Assembly (NCBI GenBank): GCA_947626825.1
Contig: CANQTM010000005.1
Span: 236 to 64,235, forward strand
From: an uncultured Bacilli bacterium
GTDB lineage: Bacteria > Bacillota_I > Bacilli_A > RFN20 > CAG-631
Direction: 5' to 3'
Length of the DNA: 64,000 nucleotides
Part shown: positions 57,791-64,000 of the stretch, one piece after another
How positions within the stretch are numbered: the first letter of the stretch is position 1
Layout: each line of letters starts with the position of its first letter
The notes under the pieces: generated by a model
The model's input: only the letters and a program-made list of their open reading frames with translations
What the model was told of the DNA's origin: nothing
Databases searched by the model: none
Program-made: the position numbers and the translations under genes

Positions 57791-57825
57791 AATGTAATAA
57801 AAATTACATTTTTATTATTTTTTTG
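57791..57825 (+). terminator. Orphan terminator-like hairpin in the clpP/pgk intergenic region
   Basis: Stem AATGTAAT/ATTACATT with loop AAAA, followed by TTTTATTATTTTTTT. No + strand gene lies immediately upstream. Confidence 0.35.
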
Positions 57826-57853
57826 AAAAGGCATTTAAAAAGAATAAAAAATA

Positions 57854-57882
57854 TTGCAACTTATTGGCCTCTATTTTATAAT
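57854..57882 (+). promoter_or_regulatory. Sigma-A promoter of pgk-tpiA
   Basis: TTGCAA (57854-57859), a 17-nt spacer, then TATAAT (57877-57882). Confidence 0.7.
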
Positions 57883-57932
57883 ATGATTGTAAGTGTGGGG
57901 TTTTATAACCACAAAGAGGAGATTATATAATT

Positions 57933-59171
57933 ATGAGTAAAATGACTGTTACAGATTTAAAGGAATTAAAAGGCAAAGTCGTTTTTGTTCGTGTTGATTT
58001 TAATGTGCCATTAAAAAATGGTGAAATTACAGACGACAATAGAATAGTAGCTGCTTTACCTACAATTGATCATTTAAGAAAACAAGGAGCAAGAGTTGTT
58101 TTGTTTTCACATTTAGGAAAAGTTGATCACAAAGATCCCGAGAAATGTGCAGCCGATAAAGCTAAAAATGATATGAAGTTTGTTGTAGGCCGTTTATCTG
58201 AATTATTACACGATGAAGTTGTTTATGTTAATGAAACTCGTGGTGAAGTTTTAAATAATGCAGTGAAAAATTTAAAAGATGGTCAAGTTTTATTGATGCA
58301 AAATACTCGTTATGAAAAAGGTGAAAGCAAAAATGATCCAGAGTTGTCTGCTTATTGGGCTTCACTTGCTGACGCTTTTGTAATGGATGCTTTTGGCAGT
58401 GCACATAGAGCTCATTCATCAACTTATGGAGTGCCTGAAATTTTAAATGCAAATCACAAACCAACTGCTTTAGGATTTTTAATGCAAAAAGAAGTAGAAG
58501 GATTAAATCGTTGTGTAAATATTTCTGATAAAGATCGTCCTTTTGTTGCCATATTAGGTGGTGCAAAAGTTTCAGATAAAATTTTAGTTGTTGAAAAACT
58601 TATTGAAAAAGCTGATAAAGTTTTAATTGGTGGAGCAATTACTTGCACATTCTTAAAAGCTTTAAATAAACCAGTTGGTAATTCTCGCTATGAAGCAGAT
58701 CAATTAGACTTTGCTAGAAAATGTGTTGAATTAGCCAAAGCTAAAAATAAATTAGTTTTACCAATTGACCATGTTATCGCTGATGATTTTGCAATGCCTC
58801 TTGATATTAAACGAACTGATGGCGTAGATATTCAAGATGGGTATGAAAGACTTGATATTGGACCAAAGACTGTTGCATATTATGAAAAAATATTACAAAA
58901 TGCTAAAACTGTATTTTGGAATGGTCCAATGGGTGTTTTTGAAAATCCTTTATTTGAAGAAGGAACAAAATCAATTTGTAGAATTTTAACAAAAATAACT
59001 GCAGAAAAAGGAGCTTTTACAGTTATTGGTGGTGGTGATTCAGCAGCTGCAGCTGCACAAATGGGATTTAAAGAAGGATTTTCACATGTTTCAACAGGTG
59101 GTGGAGCTTCTCTTGAATTAATTCAAAATGACGGTCATTTACCTGGCATTGATATTATTGCTAATAAATAA
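57933..59171 (+). CDS. pgk: Phosphoglycerate kinase
   Basis: ...VFVRVDFNVP... , ...FSHLG... , and the C-terminus ...GGGDSAAA......FSHVSTGGGASLE... Confidence 0.97.
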   Translation: MSKMTVTDLKELKGKVVFVRVDFNVPLKNGEITDDNRIVAALPTIDHLRKQGARVVLFSHLGKVDHKDPEKCAADKAKNDMKFVVGRLSELLHDEVVYVNETRGEVLNNAVKNLKDGQVLLMQNTRYEKGESKNDPELSAYWASLADAFVMDAFGSAHRAHSSTYGVPEILNANHKPTALGFLMQKEVEGLNRCVNISDKDRPFVAILGGAKVSDKILVVEKLIEKADKVLIGGAITCTFLKALNKPVGNSRYEADQLDFARKCVELAKAKNKLVLPIDHVIADDFAMPLDIKRTDGVDIQDGYERLDIGPKTVAYYEKILQNAKTVFWNGPMGVFENPLFEEGTKSICRILTKITAEKGAFTVIGGGDSAAAAAQMGFKEGFSHVSTGGGASLELIQNDGHLPGIDIIANK

Positions 59172-59190
59172 TTAATTTCATGGTGAATTT

Positions 59191-59952
59191 ATGAGAAAAA
59201 AAGTAATCTTTGGCAATTGGAAAATGAATCATACAAGAAACGAAGCATTAAACTTTGTTTTAGAAATGAATGAGGAAATTAAAAATGCTAAAAATCATGG
59301 TATTCTTATTGGCATTGCACCTACATATATGTCACTTGATATAGTTGCTAAGAAAAAAACAAAAAGTTTACTATTAGCTGCTCAAAATGTAAATGAACAT
59401 GAATCTGGTGCTTATACTGGTGAAGTATCAATTGCTATGTTAAAAGAAATAAAAAATTTAACACATGTTATTATTGGTCATTCAGAAAGAAGACAATATT
59501 ATAATGAAACAAGTGTTAAATGCAATGAAAAAATGATGGCTATGGAAAAAGCTAATCTTATTCCAATTTATTGTGTTGGTGAAACATTACAACAATTTGA
59601 AAATGATGAAACAAAAGAAATTATTAAAGAACAAATTCATCAAGGACTTTTAAATTTATCTAGTGATTTTGTTACTAAAATGATTATTGCTTATGAACCA
59701 GTTTGGTCAATTGGAACTGGTAAAAATGCTTCAAAAGAAATTGCTCAAGATGTTTGTCATTTTATTAGAAATGAAATTGCTAAATTATATGGTCAAAAAG
59801 TTGCTAATAAAGTTATTATTCAATATGGGGGATCAGTTAAACCTAATAATGTTAAAGAATATTTAACACAACCAGATATTGATGGTGCTTTAGTTGGTGG
59901 TGCTTCTTTAAAAGCTAGTTCTTTTATTGAATTAATTTCTAATTTATATTAA
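59191..59952 (+). CDS. tpiA: Triose-phosphate isomerase
   Basis: ...GNWKMN... , ...IGHSERR... , ...AYEPVWSIGTG... , ...YGGSV... Confidence 0.97.
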   Translation: MRKKVIFGNWKMNHTRNEALNFVLEMNEEIKNAKNHGILIGIAPTYMSLDIVAKKKTKSLLLAAQNVNEHESGAYTGEVSIAMLKEIKNLTHVIIGHSERRQYYNETSVKCNEKMMAMEKANLIPIYCVGETLQQFENDETKEIIKEQIHQGLLNLSSDFVTKMIIAYEPVWSIGTGKNASKEIAQDVCHFIRNEIAKLYGQKVANKVIIQYGGSVKPNNVKEYLTQPDIDGALVGGASLKASSFIELISNLY

Positions 59953-59976
59953 TAATTTATTTATAACAATAATTTT

Positions 59977-60035
59977 AAAAAGAAGTAAGTAAAACATAAA
60001 TTTGAAAATGTTATGTCAAACTACTTCTTTTTTAT
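59977..60035 (+). terminator. Rho-independent terminator after tpiA
   Basis: A long imperfect hairpin AAAAAGAAGTA(A)GT...ACTACTTCTTTTT with an inner ACAT/ATGT stem, ending in a T-run. Confidence 0.6.
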
Positions 60036-60058
60036 ATAAATAGTTAATATTGCTTTTA

Positions 60059-60087
60059 TTTACATAAAAATAGGAAAATAGTATAAT
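60059..60087 (+). promoter_or_regulatory. Sigma-A promoter upstream of cysS
   Basis: TTTACA (60059-60064), a 17-nt spacer, then TATAAT (60082-60087). A second copy of GAAAATAGTATAAT at 60135-60148 lacks a -35. Confidence 0.55.
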
Positions 60088-60170
60088 TATTCTAGTTTTT
60101 TTAAAAAAAATATTTTTTTAAAGAATTTTGAAATGAAAATAGTATAATAAGTATGGAGGGACAATTGATC

Positions 60171-61511
60171 ATGAGAGAGATTCGTTTATATGATAGCAAG
60201 ACCAAAAATATTCAAATATTAAAACCAAAAGAAAAAAATAAAGTCTCAATATATTGTTGTGGTCCAACTGTTTATAATCATGCCCATATTGGTAATATTC
60301 GTCCAATGATAGTTTTTGATAATTTAAGACGACTTTTAAAGGCTGTAGGTTATGATGTTCTTTTCATTTCAAATTATACTGATGTTGATGACAAAATTAT
60401 TAATGAGGCAATTAAAGAAGGCTGCAGTGAAAAAGAAATCACTACAAAATATATTGCAGCTTATGAAAAATTAAGAGAAGCGTTCAATGCACCATTACCA
60501 GATAAAACACCTCAAGTTACTATATATATGCCAAAAATTATCGAATTTATTGACAAGTTAGTTAAAAATGACTTTGCTTATGTCATTGATGGAGATGTTT
60601 ATTTTAGAGTTAGTAAAATACCAACTTATGGCTGCATTTCAAATAGAAATATTGAAGATTTATTGGTTGGAGCTCGTATTGAAGAAAATGTTAAAAAAGA
60701 AAATCCTTTAGATTTTTGTTTATGGAAAAGTACAATTAAAGGTATTAATTGGGATTCTCCATGGTCTAAAGGTCGTCCAGGATGGCATACAGAATGTGTT
60801 GCTATGATTAATGACATCACACAAAATACATATGTGGATATTCATGGTGGTGGAATGGATTTAAAATTTCCACATCATGAAAATGAAGAAGCACAATCTT
60901 ATGCATATTGTAACCATACATTGGCCGGCATTTGGATGCATAATGGTATGGTTACTATTAATGGTGAGAAAATGTCAAAGTCATTAGGAAATTTTATTTT
61001 AGGCAAAGATTTACTTGAAAAATATGATGGTCAAGTAGTACGTTGGGTTATGAATGCAACTCATTATCGTGCCCCTATTAATTTTACCGATGAAATTTTT
61101 AACACCGCTGAAAGCGAATTAAACAAAATAAATAATTCACTAAAACAAGCTTCATTAATTTTAAATATGCATAATGCATTTAATGATGAAGTAGATGAAA
61201 ATTATATCGATAAATATCTAAATTATTTAGCTGATGATTTAAATATTTCAGATGCTTTAAGTGTTTTATATGAAACTTTGAAAATACTAAATCAAGCAAT
61301 TCGCAATAAAGAACAAGTATTGACTGACATTGCAAAATTATTTAATACCATTAATTACATGTTAGATTTAATTGGCATAAAGAAATATGAAAAAAAATTA
61401 AGTGAAGATGAAAAGAAATCATATAAATTGTGGTTAAATGCTAAAGCAAATAAAGATTTTGCTAAAGCAGATGAAATAAGAAAAGAACTTATCGACAAAG
61501 GTATTTTATAG
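60171..61511 (+). CDS. cysS: Cysteine--tRNA ligase
   Basis: ...CGPTVYNHAHIGN (HIGH-type), ...WHTEC... , ...KMSKSLGN (KMSKS). The ATG at 60171 follows GGAGGG. The track start at 60153 overlaps the SD. Confidence 0.95.
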   Translation: MREIRLYDSKTKNIQILKPKEKNKVSIYCCGPTVYNHAHIGNIRPMIVFDNLRRLLKAVGYDVLFISNYTDVDDKIINEAIKEGCSEKEITTKYIAAYEKLREAFNAPLPDKTPQVTIYMPKIIEFIDKLVKNDFAYVIDGDVYFRVSKIPTYGCISNRNIEDLLVGARIEENVKKENPLDFCLWKSTIKGINWDSPWSKGRPGWHTECVAMINDITQNTYVDIHGGGMDLKFPHHENEEAQSYAYCNHTLAGIWMHNGMVTINGEKMSKSLGNFILGKDLLEKYDGQVVRWVMNATHYRAPINFTDEIFNTAESELNKINNSLKQASLILNMHNAFNDEVDENYIDKYLNYLADDLNISDALSVLYETLKILNQAIRNKEQVLTDIAKLFNTINYMLDLIGIKKYEKKLSEDEKKSYKLWLNAKANKDFAKADEIRKELIDKGIL

Positions 61512-61512
61512 T

Positions 61513-62229
61513 ATGGAATATATATTTGGTAAGAATACAGTTGCTTTTTTTATTAATCAACATGAGGTGCATGAAGTTTTTGTTATGCAAAATTTTGATG
61601 ATAAAAAAATTTTAAAGCAAATACAAAATAATAAAATAAAATTAACTATTAAGGATAAAAAATTTTTTGATAGCAATTTTCATAATGCCAATCATCAAGG
61701 CATTTGTGCTGTTATTAATAGTTATAAATATTCATCACTTGAAGAAATAATAGATTATGCTAATCAAAAAGAGTTTCCTTTAATAGTTGTTTTAGATGGT
61801 ATTGAAGACCCACAAAATTTAGGGGCTATTATTCGTACTTGTGAAGCTTTTTCAGTTGATGGTATTATTATTCCTAAGCATAATGCTTGTAAAATTAATG
61901 CAACTGTAGCCAAAGTCTCAACTGGAGCACTAGGAAATGTCAAAATTGCTGAAGTTACTAATTTAACTCAAACTTTAAAAGAACTCAAGAAACATAATTT
62001 TTGGATTTATGAAGCTGAAGCAAATAATAGTCAAGAATATTCTTTTTTTGATTATAAAGATAAAACAGTTCTTGTAGTTGGCTCTGAAGGTTATGGCATT
62101 TCTCGTTTAGTTAAAGAACAAGCTGATTATAATATTAAAATTAGTATGACTGGAAAAGTTAATTCTTTAAATGTTTCTGTAGCAACAGCCATTATAGTTT
62201 CATATATTTCCTTAAAACACAATATGTGA
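61513..62229 (+). CDS. rlmB: TrmH-family 23S rRNA (guanosine-2'-O)-methyltransferase, RlmB/YacO-like
   Basis: SpoU motifs ...LDGI.DP.NLGAI.RT..AF..DG.I.P... , ...VVGSEG.G.S... , ...SLNVSVA.AI... The position after cysS matches Bacillus yacO. Confidence 0.85.
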   Translation: MEYIFGKNTVAFFINQHEVHEVFVMQNFDDKKILKQIQNNKIKLTIKDKKFFDSNFHNANHQGICAVINSYKYSSLEEIIDYANQKEFPLIVVLDGIEDPQNLGAIIRTCEAFSVDGIIIPKHNACKINATVAKVSTGALGNVKIAEVTNLTQTLKELKKHNFWIYEAEANNSQEYSFFDYKDKTVLVVGSEGYGISRLVKEQADYNIKISMTGKVNSLNVSVATAIIVSYISLKHNM

Positions 62230-62245
62230 TCTTTGGACTAATATT

Positions 62246-62851
62246 ATGAATAATAACATACATTTTGAGAACATAGATGAAGAAAACAAAAAAGATGTGC
62301 GCAATTTATTAATGACTTATCTTAAAAAATATGATCAATTTTTAAATAAAATCGCTATAAGTGTCAAAAGAAAATGTGCAAAATTAGAATTTGAAGACAT
62401 TAAACAACAAATAATTTTGGCTTTATTTAGTAACACTAAAACATTTAATATAGATTTGTATCCTTCAGCTAATACATATTTTTCTCAAGTCGCATTAAAT
62501 GCAGGAAGCAATATTATAAAATGTTATTGGCAATTAAAAAACAAAGCAAATGTTGAATGCCTTTCTTTAGATGCCTACATTAGAGATGAAGACACAGAAT
62601 ATCCATTATCAGAAATTTTTGCTGACAATAAAAATAGTGATTTAAATCCTGAAAATTATTATTTAAATAATACACTTATAAGTAAACTTGATAAAATAAT
62701 TCAATCAATGCGCCCATTAGAAAAGCAAATTTTTATTTTATTTATGAAAGGATTGAGTATTGAAGAAATTGCTAATAGATTGAAAAAATCGAAAAAAACG
62801 ATTTATAATTTTATTAGATTGATTAAATTAAAATTGAAAGAAAAAATCTAA
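62246..62851 (+). CDS. sigH: Sigma-70-family sigma factor, SigH-like
   Basis: 201 aa. Region 2 (FEDIKQQIILALF...) and the region 4 HTH (LEKQIFILFMKGLSIEEIANRLKKSKKTIYNFIRLIKLKL) are collinear with Bacillus SigH. The synteny rlmB-sigH-rpmG-secE-nusG is conserved. Confidence 0.65.
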   Translation: MNNNIHFENIDEENKKDVRNLLMTYLKKYDQFLNKIAISVKRKCAKLEFEDIKQQIILALFSNTKTFNIDLYPSANTYFSQVALNAGSNIIKCYWQLKNKANVECLSLDAYIRDEDTEYPLSEIFADNKNSDLNPENYYLNNTLISKLDKIIQSMRPLEKQIFILFMKGLSIEEIANRLKKSKKTIYNFIRLIKLKLKEKI

Positions 62852-62891
62852 ATTATCCACTATAGGGCCATATATTTAAAATAAATATTAA

Positions 62892-62920
62892 TTGACTATT
62901 TGCTTTTTGAGTAGTAAAAT
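62892..62920 (+). promoter_or_regulatory. Sigma-A promoter of rpmG-secE-nusG
   Basis: TTGACT (62892-62897), a 17-nt spacer, then TAAAAT (62915-62920). Confidence 0.65.
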
Positions 62921-62941
62921 AACGAAGATGGAGTGAAGGTA

Positions 62942-63091
62942 ATGAGAGAAAAAATTATTTTAGTATGTACAGAATGTTTATCCCGTAATTATACCACTTC
63001 AAAGAAAAAAGCGGGTGCTACTACACGTTTAGAAGTGAGTAAGTTTTGCCCTAAATGTAATAAACATACTTTACACAAAGAAAGTAAGTAG
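62942..63091 (+). CDS. rpmG: 50S ribosomal protein L33 (not in supplied ORF track)
   Basis: My own translation gives [62 protein letters not shown] is present. It is the CxxC...CxxC zinc form. Confidence 0.95.
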   Translation: MREKIILVCTECLSRNYTTSKKKAGATTRLEVSKFCPKCNKHTLHKESK

Positions 63092-63103
63092 GGAGGTATG
63101 AAT

Positions 63104-63331
63104 GTGGCATTTTTTAGATGGATGTGGAAAGGCCTAAAAACAACTGGTTTATCAATAGCTAATTTTTTTAAAGGCGTTGTAAGAGAAATCAAAAGAATTA
63201 GATGGCCAAATAAAAAAGCAATGACAGAAAATACAGTTACTGTAGTTGTATTTTCAGCATTTTTTGCTTTGTTTTTTAGTGCATGTTATACAATTGGACA
63301 TGCTGTTTTAACAGCATTAGAATATTTTTAA
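63104..63331 (+). CDS. secE: Preprotein translocase subunit SecE
   Basis: ...E.KRIRWPNKK......TV.VVVFS.FFALFF... is the single-TM SecE pattern. I prefer the GTG at 63104 (GGGAGG SD 7 nt upstream). The track's ATG at 63098 is only 1 nt from the SD. Confidence 0.85.
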   Translation: MAFFRWMWKGLKTTGLSIANFFKGVVREIKRIRWPNKKAMTENTVTVVVFSAFFALFFSACYTIGHAVLTALEYF

Positions 63332-63349
63332 TCATTTGAGGAATTTGAA

Positions 63350-63907
63350 ATGGATAATTTAGAAAAAAACTGGTATGTCGTAAATACATATGCTAGTCAT
63401 GAAAATAAAGTTAAAGATAACATTGTTCGTCGTATAGAATCAATGAATATGCAAGACTATATATTTAGAGTTGTAGTTGCAGAATATGAAGAGCCTGTAA
63501 AAAAAGATGGTGTCATTGTTCCTAACAAATTTAAAACTAAAAATATGTATCCTGGATATATCTTTATTGAAATGATTATGACTGATGAAGCATGGTATGT
63601 AGTACGTAATACACCAGGAGTTACAGGTTTTATTGGATCTTCAGGAAAAGGTGCAAAACCATTTCCAGTTTCAACAAGTGAAATTGAATCTGTTTTGAAA
63701 AGAGTAGGGCTTAGTGAAAACAATTCAACAATTGGTTATAAAGTTGGGGAAATTATTAGAGTTGTTAATGGCCCATTTGCAGAAACAATTAGTCCAATTG
63801 AAGAAATAGATGAAGAAAAGAATTTAATTACTGTTAAAACAATTATTTTTGGTAGGGAACAAGATATTCATTTGTCAGCTAGTGACATTGAAAAATATAA
63901 TAAATAA
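63350..63907 (+). CDS. nusG: Transcription termination/antitermination factor NusG
   Basis: ...WYVV.TYA..ENKVK..I........ with NGN and KOW domains (...GE.IRV..GPF...... Confidence 0.95.
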   Translation: MDNLEKNWYVVNTYASHENKVKDNIVRRIESMNMQDYIFRVVVAEYEEPVKKDGVIVPNKFKTKNMYPGYIFIEMIMTDEAWYVVRNTPGVTGFIGSSGKGAKPFPVSTSEIESVLKRVGLSENNSTIGYKVGEIIRVVNGPFAETISPIEEIDEEKNLITVKTIIFGREQDIHLSASDIEKYNK

Positions 63908-63917
63908 AATTTAAATT

Positions 63918-63958
63918 GAAAAATTTGCGTAGTATATTACAAAAATTTTTCTTTTTTT
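63918..63958 (+). terminator. Rho-independent terminator after nusG
   Basis: A 9-bp stem GAAAAATTT (63918-63926)/AAATTTTTC (63943-63951), followed by TTTTTTT. Confidence 0.55.
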
Positions 63959-64000
63959 ATTAAAATAGTTCGGTTTAAATAATGATATTCACATTTGTGG

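Noticed and set aside
57684-57850. Search for a CtsR operator (GGTCAAA direct repeat) upstream of clpP
   Set aside because: I found no GGTCAAA or TTTGACC in the region on either strand. It is reported as an absence, not a feature.
59953-60170. Possible T-box riboswitch upstream of cysS
   Set aside because: The region is too short and almost pure A/T. It has no specifier hairpin, no T-box consensus and no terminator/antiterminator pair apart from the tpiA terminator.
62853-62861. DnaA-box-like TTATCCACT after the sigH-like gene
   Set aside because: It is a single 8/9 match with no clustering and no adjacent AT-rich unwinding element or dnaA/dnaN genes. A chance occurrence is expected.

Overview
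This 64-kb window comes from a strongly AT-rich chromosome (by eye about 30% G+C, not computed) of a low-GC Gram-positive bacterium (Bacillota). It uses the standard bacterial code: TGA ends several genes and TGG encodes Trp, so it is not a Mycoplasma-type code. Almost all of it is densely packed core housekeeping DNA, transcribed on the + strand from about 4.8 kb onward.

Gene order:
- A minus-strand sporulation block (spoIIE, yabQ, yabP, yabO, spoVT) plus a partial MmcQ/YjbR gene at the window edge.
- rpsB-tsf-pyrH-frr-uppS-cdsA-dxr-rseP-polC.
- A degenerate GlmU-like gene followed by prs.
- A self-contained cassette of a DUF1538-like membrane protein plus two PII-like proteins.
- rplM-rpsI and a CwlD-like amidase.
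- A TsaC-RpiB fusion, then the complete F1Fo ATP synthase operon (atpIBEFHAGDC).
- A DUF1146-like protein and a SpoIIQ-like protein.
- An orphan lipoprotein, a TspO-like protein and a hypothetical protein.
- The full S10-spc-alpha ribosomal protein cluster (rpsJ to rplQ, including secY, adk, map, infA, rpmJ, rpoA).
- ecfA1-ecfA2-ecfT-truA, a HAD-PHP fusion, and prfA-prmC.
- Two small unknown ORFs, clpP, and pgk-tpiA.
- cysS-rlmB, a SigH-like sigma factor, and rpmG-secE-nusG.

I saw no tRNA, rRNA, CRISPR array or mobile element. Three genes missing from the supplied ORF track were recovered by eye: rpmJ, rpmG and the edge-truncated MmcQ/YjbR gene. Several track ORFs are over-extended at the 5' end and were trimmed to starts supported by a Shine-Dalgarno (SD) sequence.

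The retained sporulation genes and the many ribosomal proteins with terminal extensions suggest an Erysipelotrichia-like or related spore-former lineage. This is inference only.

Most interesting items:
- The uncharacterised DUF1538 + double-PII module.
- A c-subunit carrying the two-carboxylate Na+-binding signature.
- Two unusual gene fusions (TsaC-RpiB and HAD-PHP).
- A fossilised GlmU at the glmU-prs locus.
- Promoter motifs of the sporulation-sigma type.
- Several structured 5' leaders.

All family assignments rest on motif recognition by eye. No database search was run.
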